DNA of 62,924 bases, filler included, from Licmophora abbreviata (taxonomy: Eukaryota), in assembly GCA_900291995.1 (NCBI GenBank). It is 13 parts of 13 records of this genome, joined end to end, with 100 filler letters (N's around TTAATTAATTAA, not from the genome) between each part and the next. Parts side by side here need not be neighbours in the genome. Positions count along the whole stretch, not along the records: positions 21,586 to 23,553 come from OLMU01003468.1; positions 23,654 to 24,770 come from OLMU01003469.1; positions 24,871 to 27,164 come from OLMU01003470.1; positions 27,265 to 45,092 come from OLMU01003471.1; 9 more parts are not named here. One strand, given 5' to 3'. Position 1 is the first letter of the stretch; every line of letters begins with the position of its first letter. Under the pieces are notes generated by a model. That model was not told the origin of the DNA. It searched no databases and was given only the letters and a program-made list of their open reading frames with translations. The translations under genes and the position numbers were made by a program. Positions 23,320 to 35,920 of this stretch are shown here, piece after piece.

Positions 23320-23794
23320 GTCGCCTGCGGGAAAAGCGGCCTTTGTTACATTGGCTCAGGCAAACAAGCATAGAAAGGAAAGTACTGTGTAGTTTATGTG
23401 TTGAAGTACTCTATACTTTTCATGTATCAGTAGGTTACTCATTAGGTGCGTCGGCCGTCAGCTGGGGGTATGTCTTCTGTAATGGGCTGATGGTGTGTGA
23501 TCGAGATACTCGCAGCATAAACCCGGAGGTTTGATGACGTGTCCACCACGACANNNNNNNNNNNNNNNNNNNNNNNNNNNNNNNNNNNNNNNNNNNNTTA
23601 ATTAATTAANNNNNNNNNNNNNNNNNNNNNNNNNNNNNNNNNNNNNNNNNNNNGGGTTCCGGCTCCTCATCTCGCTAACAATAGAGCTGTGTCATTCCAA
23701 CCGCGGCTGCGCCGAGAATGAGACATTGCAATCCTCGCCACCATAGCTTGTTGGCTTTCTTATCAGCTCCCAGTTTTTCCAATCATCAGCGAGG

Positions 23795-24727
23795 ATGCTG
23801 AGGTCATGGATGATGGTGGTCGTCCTGGCCGCTTGTTTGCTCGCGCAATTCCATGTCAATGGATTCGCGCCTGCATCTTATCCGTCCTCTGCAACGCAAA
23901 AAAAGACAGTCGCCCGGACAAAGAGCAGCAGCATGCACCGGCTGCTGGTCAGTAGAGAGGATGACGATGAACTTCTTCCCGAAACAAGTTTTGGTGCGGA
24001 GGTTGTGCCAGAGGGCCAGCGACCTGTGAACGAGTACCTCGATCTCATTCGAATGCCACTTTTCGGGTGGGCTTCGGAGGAAACGGGAAGTGCAGGTCTT
24101 CTGATACGCTTAGGTGCTGTGTATGCTGCGATTTTTGGACTTGTGTAAGTGAAGATGTGTGACGGTTTGGCGAAAGCTATATTCTTGACTGACCTCCAGT
24201 TCTCCATACTAACGCGCAGGTGCTACCCTATCTCCGGGGCGACGTTCACGCAGGAGGGATACCTGTTGCAGAAACTCGCAGCAAGCAATGTAGGTGCCCT
24301 GCTTCTGACTCTGTTCTTGTTACTTCGTTTATATTCTGGCTGGGGGTACGTTGGCTCTCGGCTCAAGAGCAAGTTTATTGAATTTGAGGAGACTGGATGG
24401 TACGACGGTGACGTGGAAAAGAAGACGGAAGCCGAAACGAAACGAGATCAGTTTCTTTACCAAAGCAAAGTAAAACCAGTGGAGGATCGGCTGAAGCTCT
24501 TTACATTCGCAACAGGCGGGCTATGGGTCGCTGCCTGTATAAGCTTCAACGTTGCAATGTCGACAAAACCTCTGTTTGATCAGTACGACCCAACGATGCT
24601 GGAGAGGCTTCGATACGACGAGAAGCTTGCAGGAGTCGCTGCAGACCAGAGTGGTGGAATGCCCTCCTACTGCGACAGTCGATACTACCGCGCCATCGCG
24701 AATGGAGGACAAGGTACGAAAGCTTGA
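23795..24727 (+). CDS. Plastid-targeted CGLD27/Ycf36 (DUF1230) protein
   Basis: VNG|FAP presequence, VPEGQRPVNEY, RLYSGWGYVGSRL and EETGWYDG. Intron 24145-24219. A further donor may follow GGQG, so the last few residues are uncertain. Confidence 0.88.
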
Positions 24728-24870
24728 TCGCGTGCGTAGTGAGGCAGTGGTACATTGAACAGTGGAAGCTNNNNNNNNNNNNNNNNNNNNNNNNNNNNNN
24801 NNNNNNNNNNNNNNTTAATTAATTAANNNNNNNNNNNNNNNNNNNNNNNNNNNNNNNNNNNNNNNNNNNN

Positions 24871-26752
24871 ACTCGTGGACGCTGTCAACAGAGAATCGCA
24901 TCGAAAGCTTGTTGGCCGGCTTCACAATAGGGTTCTCAAAGAAGTAGTCCGCGTCCAAAGCCTGTTCGGCGCTCCAACGCGACGAGGGGTTCAGCGTCAA
25001 CAGCTTGTCAATAAGGTCAATCGCACTTTCCGTCATCCATTTTGGGTTAGGTAGTTGCGTCTTCAGGACTTGCCGAATCCGACGAGGAAGACGCGGTTTT
25101 CCTGCGTCAGGCTCGAAATTCTTCCAAAGTCGGCATTTCGTGTGGATATCAGGCCATTCTTCTTTCGTCGGATGGCCGCAGGTATGGAAAATCAAGTCGA
25201 GCTGGGCGGCCTCTGTTGCACCGCGGAGAAAGCCGGAGCGATGAAACATCTCAGCTACGATGCATCCGACACTCCACATGTCAATCTTGGGTGTGTAGTT
25301 TACACAACCCAAAAGCAATTCGGGAGGACGATACCAAAGCGTAATCACTTTGTTAGTGAGGCGCTTCATTTCACTGTTCCAGCTTCGCGCCAGGCCCCAG
25401 TCGGCAATCTTCAGCTCGCCCTTTCTGTTGATCAATAGATTCGATGCCTTCAAGTCCCTGTGCAAGACCTTGTTGGTGTGAGCGTAATGAACGCCGCTGA
25501 GGAGCTGCTGCGACCAAGACTTGATGTGATCTTGTGTGAAGCGAATCTCTCTACAAGTCGAAGTGGAGTGCGAGATATCAGATGGAAGAGCTTTTGGGCA
25601 CGAGAAATTCATTGGTCGAGAAACGAGGGGTGCACGTACCTAGTTTCGAGTAGCCCGGTTAGATCGTACTCGAGATATTCGAACACCATGAAGACATTCT
25701 TGGGGATTTCTCCTTGCTCTGCGTTGCGGGGAGATCCGAATCGCCGCACACAAACACAAAGAGACGTGAGTACTCCATAGCGAGCGATGCTAAATCAAAC
25801 GATGGGAAACGTCAAAATGCAGACCAAGATGTGGCAAACACATGATGCGGACCACAGACGATACAGAGGTCAGAAGCTGCGTCTTTTCCATGCGGTACGA
25901 ACAAAAGAAAATCGAGCAAGACAATGATCGACCGCCAGAAAGGAACGACAAGATAAAGCGACGCTTCGCACCAGGCTATCGCCCGTCCTCCATCGAAAAC
26001 CATACGCAGGCAATACAAGAAAAATGCCCATATGGGCGTCGAAAAGTAGACACGCACCCTTTGAAGTCACTATCTCCTTCAAGTCGACAATGTTCACGTG
26101 ATTCAAAGCCTTCAGGATCTTGACTTCCCGGAGTGCAGTGATCGGAAATCCATTCTCTTCTTGTTCCGTGTTGATGCGCTTCAGAGCCACAATTTCACCC
26201 GTATCTTTGTCAGCTCCAACGAAAACACTCCTTTGCAGATGCAGAAAAGAAAATGTCCAATCAATCGCAAGCGCACAGAAGCAAGACGGTGTCAAGAGGA
26301 TTGCATCAAAGGGAAATGCATGTTAGTCGACATAAGTCTCTCGGTAAAATACACTTCTTGGCCGCTGTGAGCATCCAAGAAACGTACCCGTAGGTGCCCT
26401 GTCCTACTTGTTGTTTCTTGGAGAAGACATTAACGTCACGGAGCACCGCGGGAGCATGAATCGTAACAGTGGCCGCCTTTCGCGGCTTCTTTGTCACAAA
26501 AGGAGGTTCTACCGCCTCGACAGCACCTGGAGGACGCTTCGCACCAGCAGGAACCTTCGGAGGCCCAGGGGGCGGAGGTGGACGACGAGGAAGCGGCGCT
26601 TTCCCTGCATGATGCCGGGGAGGCGGTGGCTTCGGACGCGACGTTGGAGGCGGTCCTGGCGGTGGAGGGGGTTTCTTGTTGCTGTCGACACGGCGTTCCA
26701 CAGGAGGTGGTCCCGGAGGAGGGGGAGGTCGGACCATTGTAGTAGACGCCAT
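24871..26752 (-). CDS. Cyclin-dependent kinase of the CDKC/CDK9/CDK12 type with a Pro-rich N-terminus; multi-exon, 3' end lost in gap
   Basis: VGQGTYG, VALKRI, GFPITALRE, HRDLKASN, IADWGLAR and VITLWYRPPELLLG across exons. Confidence 0.92.
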
Positions 26753-27834
26753 TCCGATACGTATCGGGAGGGTGCCCGAAAGAGCCGTCGACTCTGAGTT
26801 CACAGTGATGATTGTTGTTTTGTTCCGCACGAAACCAGACGTTTGAGCCAAACCGCGAGTTTCAATAAGCTACCTGATAGCAGCGACACTCCGAAAATGC
26901 ACTTGCCCCTCCGTACGATAGGATGCAGCCGGAAAATAAGAAGGGTGCGGATCAGTAGGTGACTTGTCCCTCAGTGATGATCCTCGACACTCGATGACGA
27001 CTCCGGACGGAGTAGACAATGCTCGAGAGTCTCCTCTGCGTTCTAGATTAAAGAGTGTCTGCGAAACGACGGCACAAACACGGTCAGAATATTGGCGAAA
27101 GGCGTTCATTCGGTCGTGTGTCGATATCGTGGGCAGTCAGACCGCGCAATGGCGGAGGACGATGNNNNNNNNNNNNNNNNNNNNNNNNNNNNNNNNNNNN
27201 NNNNNNNNTTAATTAATTAANNNNNNNNNNNNNNNNNNNNNNNNNNNNNNNNNNNNNNNNNNNNCAGTCAGACCGCGCAATGGCGGAGGACGATGACCAA
27301 CCAGATCACGTGAGCGCAGTACAGACAGCCTGGTACATCAACGTAGATTTCCACGCAAGATAGACCAACCTGAGCAGCTGAAGTTTGCGTCGTCGTTTGA
27401 GCCGATTGCAGCTGTGTTTCGAGTCAAACTACTTACAGAATAGTTAATAGGAAGTCTAGAAAGGAAACGGCCTACTTTGCTGGCCGAGGGAAAATGCAGC
27501 AGGGACAAAGAAGAACGCAAGGACGAGAGGAGCGAGGCAAAGAGGGACAGTGGGATCGGCGTGACCACGTCCCTACACGTCACGTAACATTCTACGTGAA
27601 CTATGCTTAGCCATAAGTGGAGATCGACAATGATGACGTTTCATACAAGTGAACCCGCTGATTGATAGAAAATGCTTTCTGCGCGCATCGCGTCGCGATC
27701 TTATGTGAGCCCTTCATTTCTCATTTCAAATTTGATCTCAGCTCCAAACTTCAGCAGAACAAGGGGACCATTACTCTCATATGACGAACGGTCGAAGGCG
27801 GCGCGGCGATAGAGCATATCGTGAAGCCTAAAAT

Positions 27835-29486
27835 ATGAGTGCTTTAGTCGGAATGAGACTTCTGAGAAATCGAGCAGAGTCCGTGGCTTGGAATGGACCG
27901 AAACAACGAATATGTCTCGATTTCTTGACGGGCACAATCCATCACGACCTCTCGTCGTCACCCCTGCTGATGGACGACGTTCCTGTCATGGCTCGATGCT
28001 CTAGCCTCTGGGCTGTTCATTCACGTCGATATAGCTCCTACAAAATAATCTTCGAAGAACCAGATCGACCTGTGGACGCCGTATCCCCTCATATAAGAAC
28101 ATGTCTCAATTTATCCAACTTAGCAAAGGACGACGCAACTTTCCGAGACCATCAGGAGCACCACTCGGACTTTCACATTGCATTCCTAGGCACCGGCGGC
28201 GGACAGCCTTCTACGAGACGCCTCCCCACCGGCACGCTTCTCCATTTGGGGGGTATGTCATTTCTATTCGATGCAGGCGAAGGGATTCAGCGACAGCTCA
28301 TGTTCAGTCACTTCCGATTTCGTGAAATTGACAAGATCTTCATTACTCACCTGCATGGCGATCACGTCTTGGGTCTCATAAGCATCATTCTGGCTCTGAA
28401 TCTTGCGGTCCAGGCACGGAAACAACCTTTGCACTTACACGTTTATGGGCCTCCTGGACTCTACAACTACATTGCGGCGAACGTAGCCCTTTCCATGGCT
28501 TCATTACATCCAGACAAAATGATTGTAACAATTGCCGAACTCGTCGGTGGCCGCACAGAACGCCCATCACCCCAGAACAACGACACGCGAAGCATATTTC
28601 ACTCTGACTATCCGGAAATACGCAATCGTTGTCTTGTAAAAGAAAGTATCGAATGCAATAGCGACGGAACGTGGACGATCCAATCTCGCGAGGGGATTAC
28701 CAAGGACATGCTGAGGGGGAACATGTCCGTTGAGCGTTCTCATCGGCGACAACTATACATCGCGGCCGCGGAGGTGAAGCACATTCGTGGTGTACAGACT
28801 TTTGGTTTTGTCGTTCAGGAGCCCCAGCCACTGCGTAACATTGATGCCTCCAAAGCGATTGAGCTTGGGGTTGAGAGAAAGAAGTTCAATGCTCTCAAGT
28901 TGGGATTCACCGTAACAAATGAAGATGGTTCCCGAGAAGTGCGACCAGAAGAAGTTCTGCTCAAGAAGACAAAAAAAGCAAGAAAGGTTGCCGTTCTAGG
29001 AGACAATTGTCACGTTCCACAAGAAATGAAAGGCTTGTGTCAAGATGCTGATGTGCTCGTTCAAGAGGCTACGCTATTGAATGAGGCGAGAAGCTCTGTA
29101 CGTTCTACAGTGTGGGCGCGATTCGTGCTAATGTTGCTGTGCTCAAGTTGTTCTTTTTTCATATGCATCAATTGCAGGCTCGCGAAAGAGGTCACTCTAC
29201 GGGTAAAATGGCTGGCAGTGTTGCAAAAAGTGTTAATGCCAGAGTGTTGGTACTTAACCATATAAGCAACGCCCTGCCAGAACATTCGCTAATGGATACG
29301 TTGGTTGCCGAAGCAAGAGCTGCGAACGACGGCGTCAGCCAGGTTATTCCGTCGTACGATTTCATGGAGTTGTGCGTGCCGAGAGAAGGTTTCAACTTCG
29401 ACGGTGTTGCTCAGTCGGAGGGCGATGACGGAACGGAAGGCGTATGGGGTTTCAGATACTGGTGGAACAAGATTTGGCAACAATAG
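27835..29486 (+). CDS. Ribonuclease Z (short form, ELAC1/tRNase Z) with an N-terminal extension
   Basis: FLGTG, FDAGEG, THLHGDH, GP, flexible-arm-like segment, GHST and LVLNHIS. Intron 29098-29177. Confidence 0.9.
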
Positions 29487-29527
29487 AGGTTTTCTGTGGC
29501 CATACAATAGCTAAGCACAGATCTTCA

Positions 29528-31013
29528 CTACACTGTTTTCTGTTTCGAGGGTGTCTTGGAAAGGTTCAGTAAACCGTAGAGAATGAGACCAGAACCGAAT
29601 CCTATCGTAGGACTTGTCAGCATCGTCAATATTCCTGTTCCCCATCCGGCAGTTGCGTCGCGTCCCCTGAGACTCATCAGATCCGTCGGCAAGAACACGG
29701 TCTTCAGTACAGCGCTCACAATGACGGCACTTAAGGCCGCCTTCGGGGTTGGGGACATGATACTCATGTATGGAAGAAGATAGATCCAGAATACGGCTGT
29801 GAAGAGACATGCCAACTGCGACGTCGCTCCTGTCATGCGTGCGACCAAGGATCGGGACATGGATCCACTCACCGGCGCCGAGCCCACGGCGGCGGCCATT
29901 CCACACGAAACCCCTTGCGCAATGATCTCACGCGGTGCAGACCAAGCAATGCCATCCTCAGCTTCGAATACGGATGCGATGCCTGTTGTGGCAAGAAAGT
30001 TGACGGCCGCGAAAAGTGAAGCGGACACGAATAGCATGATGTTGGAACCTCCAAAGCGATCGACGATTGGAACATCCGTGACGAGCTCCTTGACATCAAT
30101 AATTTCAACAGGTAGCTTGATGGCGCCGTCAAAGAAAGACATCCCAGCATCTGGGTCTACTTCGGGGATCTCTCCCACCACACCGCCGTCATATTCGTTG
30201 TACATGCTGTAGAGAGTTGCAGCTGCAGTCGCGATGATGACCTCGGTGCCCGGCGGCACTGCCTTGGGAAGAAACTTCGATCCTTTGACGACCACCAAGG
30301 TACATACCACAAACAAGACACACGGGGCAACACTCCAGAGGTGGGGATGCGTCACACCGAAGAGAAAGTTGGTGACATTGACTGCACCCGTCGCCGCTGG
30401 AAAGTTGTCTTTGAGAAACGTTACAAGCTCGGCCACCGGCACCGACGCTGCCACATTGGCTTTGAGCTCCTTAGCACCACGAGCCAAAATTCCATTCGGC
30501 ACAGCAGACACGAAAACTCCTACAGTACAGCCCCACTTGAAACCCTTGGAAACTGGCTTTGGGACCTTTTGAGCCAAAGTCCCGAAACCAACGACGGCCA
30601 ATAGGATTGACGCGATTCCGACGTAGAGCGAGTAGGCCGCGACCAGCTTGACGTACTCTTCCTCGCCGTGATCGGCTACATATGCCTCTCCGTCCAGATC
30701 TGTTTTGGCCATGAGTGCCGAAATGCTCGTGACACCGCAATTCATGAACGGGCTTCCTGTGATGAGTCCCCAAGCTAGTAATGGAGGTCCTGCAGTGGAC
30801 AGACCGCGATATCCAGCGTACCCGACCGTCTCGGCGTAGGCGATCAGCTGCGGGACCGAAGTTGCCGCCATGACGGCGCCTGAGAGAAAGTCACGAAGCG
30901 GGCTGTCGTGATGTAGCGTTGAGAGGCGGGGATGAGTCTCGTGTCAGATCTTGCGGTACCCTAAAGAGGCAGGTGCAATACGATCATACTCACTTGAAAT
31001 TTGGCTTTCCCAT
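29528..31013 (-). CDS. SLC26/SulP anion transporter lacking a STAS domain
   Basis: A short first exon plus intron 30903-30993 gives MGKPNFNPLRDFLSGAVMAATSVPQLIAYA. Also REIIAQG, GSMSRS and PKAALSAV. The protein ends about 12 aa after the last TM segment. Confidence 0.88.
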
Positions 31014-31594
31014 TTTATGTTGAATCTTCTTCACTCTCTAAGTTCGGTTTACACTCTCAACGTGGGCGAGGTCGTCAGCTTGCTGCAATATCTTCACTGT
31101 GTCGACTTGGCGTGAGCTCTGAAGTGTTGATGCTTGGAATGTTGTCGATTGAGTGCGGCTTCCATGTGGCATCATCACATCACTGTGATGTTTGTGTGTT
31201 CGTGTGGACGAGATGCGCTATCGCGACAGAACGCGACTGACTGGGTCGTGATCGTGATTTGTCAGCTCGTGACTGGTAGGTATAGAGCGGCATACACTGT
31301 TACATTCGTGTGACTGGGCTAGGTGCAAGGAGGACATTAAAGACCTAAAGTATTGTCAGATCGAATCGATTTGCATGGACCCAGCCACTCAGCTTGGCTG
31401 GGTCTGAGAAAAAGAATGCATTGCATTTGCAGGTGATCTCTCATGTACGAAACGGAGACCAAGAAAACGATGCTAAAATGTACCGAGGCCAATAGGCGAG
31501 GCTCGATTGAGGCACCGCAGCCTCTACTCAAGCCTGGGCACTCTCCATACATGTCTTCTTTCAAAGCATTGTATTTGAACATTATTACTAGTTA

Positions 31595-33261
31595 TTAGCT
31601 CTCTACCAATGATTCAAAGCTGCTCCATTGATGCATCTCGCCGACATTTACTTGTTCTTCGGATGTGATCGAGAGCAATCGACTTCGTTCATTAACGCAG
31701 CCATAGTACGGAAGATGATGGTGCCCCACAACTTCTGCTTCGATATCCCCATCATCGACGCCTTCTCTTTGTCGAATCGTCGCTTGAATCTTTTTCCAAT
31801 CGGTCAAGAAGAAAGCAACCATGAGCATCACGTTCATCACAATGTAGGGGGGGATGATCCACGACCAAGCGGCATTCAGTCCACCGCCTCGAACAACAGC
31901 GAAATAGTAAACTGTTGGAAGTCCCACAATCCATAGCATGATTGTGTTGATGATCCCCAGTGTCCATTGCATTCCCAGACCTGTCGCGATGCCAGTGTTG
32001 ATGCCAAAAATGGAAAGAACGAAAAAGTATACAGTGACTTTCCACCAAATCTGTTCGCAACCCTCTAGTACTCGTTCGTCGTTACTCACAAAGATATGAA
32101 AGATGGAATGTCGTTGTATGTACAATAATGTCGACATGGCTGCAAAGAGTACTGTGGAGACAGCGAAGCAACCGAACACGAGCCGCTTGGCACGCGTGAC
32201 ACTGTGGGGCAGAGTGACGCCGAGTCGTATACTGAGCGCAATACCAATGCCAATGGGGATCATGAATGACACGGACATCACTTGCGTTGGTACTGTATGA
32301 ACACTCAGGGGCACTACGCCAAATGTACCAATCAAGAGACACATCGCCTCCCAGTACCACCATTCCTGTTGAAAAATTGGCGCGAAAGGCGCATGCTTGT
32401 GAGTGACACTTTTCATTCAAGTATCGCGATATATCTCGCAATAGCTCAACGTACCGACGACGCCAACATCCCGCCAGACGACAGCTTCATGTACGCCAAG
32501 AATGGTTTCCAGGTCAGTGCAGCGGGCCATGCTTGGAGACCCGGCCAGGTCATTGGATGGTGAGGTCGTTTCCATATCAAGTAGAGTAGGAGCATGAGTA
32601 TTTGCGAAGACTGATACAGTACTATAGCAAATGCTGACCCAATAAATCCCAACCAGGGCACCAAGATTTCGAGCGACAGTGGAAGCACGAGTCCAGTGGA
32701 GACCAGCATTATTATAACGAGCGGCGCCATGATACCCTGAGCCGAGAGAAACTTCCAAGTGACATTGTAGAGCGCATACATGGGAAGCGTAAAGACATAT
32801 ATTCGATACCACTCTGCCGCTAAACGAGCAGGAAGAGGATCCTCTCCCACAAACAGTAAAAGGTCTTCCATACAGAGCAGCAGAACGGCATTGACCGGCA
32901 AAAGCACTAGCAAAGACCCCGCAAAGCCGCGCATCGCCACCAGACCCACTTCTTTGTAATTTCCGACACCATAGGCTTGCGGAGAGAGAGTATCACTGGC
33001 GCTATAAATGCCTTGTAGCAAGCTGAGAGTCAGTAGATTCCCAGTAAGAGAGGCTAGTGTGAAGCCGTCCAAATATGCAGCACCGAGGTGTCGGCCAATG
33101 TACGAGGCGGTGAGAGCCGGGGGGATGGTCGCCCCTAGCTGTACAATCACCGTCGGAACGGCCAGATTGAGCAGCAGCTTGGCTTCTGACCAAGCCGTGG
33201 AATGGAAAACGGGCTTTTCTCCCCCCATAGACTCTGTCGTTACAGCGTCAGTCACCACCAT
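31595..33261 (-). CDS. MATE family transporter
   Basis: NLAVP, DTLSPQAYG, KFLSAQG and EWWYWE, with about 12 TM segments. Intron 32366-32454. Confidence 0.92.
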
Positions 33262-33579
33262 GGTGAAATGCGATGTTGTCGCGTCGTCGTCTTTCTTTTG
33301 CCAAAACGAAAATCTGAGATCGCCTTCGAAACGCACGACTGATGACGCGGCGGGAGCGTTCGCGAATTTTCAACTCTCGGGTCGGCCGAACTCGGAGAAC
33401 TGACGATGAGCGCATGTCCGCTCGTCGTGTGGCCTAGGACCTAGACAGGAGCAAAAGGAGAACAGAAACCAATACAAGAGTGGCATGAGCCAATCAATTC
33501 ATCGCCTACTTTTTGAAGACCTAAGTTGTTCATGAGAGATCGCTTTATGTTACAGTGAAGCGTCATCTTCTGGTCCAGT

Positions 33580-34252
33580 CTACTTGAAAGACAGTGCCAG
33601 CACAATGATCAAACAACACACGAGGAAGGGCCCAAACTGACTAAGAAAGCCTAGTGGAGACAGGAATCTCGCCCGAAAGAAGACAAGGAAGCAAATCCTG
33701 ACCATGTCCCACTTTTGGATTCCATACGCCGACACAGGCATTCGATTCAGAGCGTTTGCCACGTGTGAGTGGCAATTGTCACAACAGATATTGTGCATCC
33801 TTCCCCTGTACACTTGGTTCGCTTCCTGAATTGCTTCGTCCCATCGCTCAGCACCGCCTAAAGTGATCACGAGGCGCGTGGTGATGAGCAAATTACTATT
33901 GGCTGATCTCAAGAATCGAACAGCACTGGTCCCACGCCGGAGGCCCCAACTAAGGCCAAACGCAACTTATCTGCACGCTCTTACCATAAAGGTCTCCAAT
34001 ATCAATCTTGATGGCTCGTGTGGGGCTGCCGAACGCCATACGTCCAGAATCACCAACATAGTACGGCCCTTGGAAGTCCGAAGCGACACCTCGAGAATCT
34101 GTGATCCCCGTGTGTCCAATGAACGGCAGTAGCCACGTAATTGGTGGTAGCGGGCTCCATACTATTGAAAAGGAGATATCATGACAAGATCCCTTCTTGG
34201 AAGCGATGGACATCGACGAAGAAGAAGATGAAGACGGCGGCGGCTGCGTCAT
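33580..34252 (-). CDS. TMEM222/RTE1-like membrane protein
   Basis: IVWSPLPPITWLLPFIGHTGI, DFQGPY, MAFGSPT and HNICCDNCHSHVANALN. Intron 33858-33984. Confidence 0.92.
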
Positions 34253-34530
34253 GGTAACAGTCACATCGATGAGCTCGATTTGTATGCGAGGATTCCTTGC
34301 TGTGATGAGCTCGCCGTCGTCACGACAGCTCCATCATTTAAGAGAGACGTCACCATTCGTGTATGTCTTAACACTGAATGTCTTCTTGATGCCATTGGGC
34401 CTAATGCTTTTCGAAAAGAGGCGGACGTCGCGGTCACGCCACAAAACAAAAAAAGGATATTATCGAACATGGATTCGATGACGACGACAACTATCCAAAT
34501 GAATGTCTGAAGCCTGTTCCAACCACAGCA

Positions 34531-35643
34531 ATGGTGCGAGCGAAAAGAAAGCCAGCAGGTTGTCACTTCTACTTGGCATCGATTCTTGGTCTGTGTGGAG
34601 TCGTATCGATCTACAATGGTCAAAGTGCCGTTCTGCACGTTGCGCGGGTTTCAATGACTACCAATAGTGCAGCGCCATCCATAGTACCACAAGTGTCTTT
34701 GATGACCAGAACTCTCATTCAGAAGAGAGAATCACCTGGAGAATCCACGGCATCAATGTCCAATGCCATCGATATAATCGACTCCTCTGCGTGGCCTGGA
34801 CGATTGGATCACATCGCCGACTCTCTCAATCGGATAGTTGTGCTTATTGTCAGTTGCCCCTATCTGGACATGGCGGACAATGCAATTCATTCCATGATAC
34901 GACTGCATGCAAACAATTTTGTGGTGGTACCGCTCGATGATGTAGCGTACGACGTATTGATGCAGTTGTACCCACGAAATGTCGTGCGCCCGATGCCAAC
35001 GATTCAAAAGCTCAACGTGTCGAACCAAGCGGCGAGTTACAATTCCGATCACTTTCAACTGCTGACCTCGACGAGACCAGCGATTCTATCTGCTTTTCTG
35101 AAGCAAAACTATACAGTGTTCTATTGTGATATCGATACTGTCTGGCGATCGAACACTCTCTTGGACATGTTGGAGGCTTCAACGCTAACTACTGAACAGC
35201 ATCATCATCTTCTTCAACAAAATCAGCAACCGTCCCACGAGCTAGTTCTGACAATGGACTCTGCAATTCTCAGCGAGGAAAAGTTTTGTTCTTGTTACAT
35301 CTATGCCAAACCTACACTTAACAACCTATACATGCTTGATCGTTGGACCAACGAGATCGCTACCAACCGGTATCGGAACGACCAAGACGCATTCCAATCC
35401 GTGGTGCAGGCAACTCGTCGTCGCATGGGCGTCCGTATCCTATCGGGTGACGACAGCCACATTCCAAATGGATGGTTCTACTTTCAAGTTTTCAACGAAA
35501 CGCAACGTGAGGGTGTCTCGATTGTTCACAACAACTTTATTCTAGGCCATGAACGAAAACGGACACGGTTCCGTCAACTGAAGCTATGGCGTCCGTCGGG
35601 TAGACTCGAAGCAATATCGCATAGTTGTTCCAGTAAAAGCTAA
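34531..35643 (+). CDS. Nucleotide-diphospho-sugar transferase (GT77-like), type II membrane protein
   Basis: N-terminal TM anchor, YCDIDTVW (DxD), NDQDAF, PNG and HNNF...KRTR. Confidence 0.82.
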   Translation: MVRAKRKPAGCHFYLASILGLCGVVSIYNGQSAVLHVARVSMTTNSAAPSIVPQVSLMTRTLIQKRESPGESTASMSNAIDIIDSSAWPGRLDHIADSLNRIVVLIVSCPYLDMADNAIHSMIRLHANNFVVVPLDDVAYDVLMQLYPRNVVRPMPTIQKLNVSNQAASYNSDHFQLLTSTRPAILSAFLKQNYTVFYCDIDTVWRSNTLLDMLEASTLTTEQHHHLLQQNQQPSHELVLTMDSAILSEEKFCSCYIYAKPTLNNLYMLDRWTNEIATNRYRNDQDAFQSVVQATRRRMGVRILSGDDSHIPNGWFYFQVFNETQREGVSIVHNNFILGHERKRTRFRQLKLWRPSGRLEAISHSCSSKS

Positions 35644-35920
35644 TAGCGTATGGCTTAGAGCAGTAGAGTCACGATTCGTCTGGTGTTTTTACCATGGTTT
35701 CCCTCCAAGAACAGCACAGCGAGTGTCACAGAGGGAGAGTCTTGCCGTCGCTCGCAGTGCCCCAATTCTGATGAAAGTTGCTGCTGCACAATCATGGCGA
35801 CCGCGACGACTCACTCATCTCGTGTCGCGTGTCGCACTCAATCACAATACGGCTATTGTCTAGGGCGACGCTTTGAATAGTGAGGTACAGAGGGAGAAAA
35901 AGCACGAGTGAAAAGGAGAA

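Noticed and set aside
27134..27295. 31-nt direct repeat, and the 35-nt one at 54279-54448, as target-site duplications of a mobile element
   Set aside because: They flank linkers exactly, and merging the second pair restores a gene, so they are contig-end overlaps.
26964..27360. Small ORF across the linker between the CDK and RNase Z genes
   Set aside because: After merging the overlap the frames I read stop soon, and there are no motifs.
9695..29486. A tRNA/RNA-processing gene cluster (DTW, UTP13, tRNA-Pro, RRM protein, RNase Z)
   Set aside because: The genes are interspersed with unrelated ones, have mixed orientation and different predicted compartments, which is compatible with chance in a compact genome.
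31230..31325. Three TGACTGG motifs upstream of the SLC26 gene as CO2-responsive elements
   Set aside because: They do not match the TGACGT/TGACGC consensus and significance cannot be judged without background statistics.
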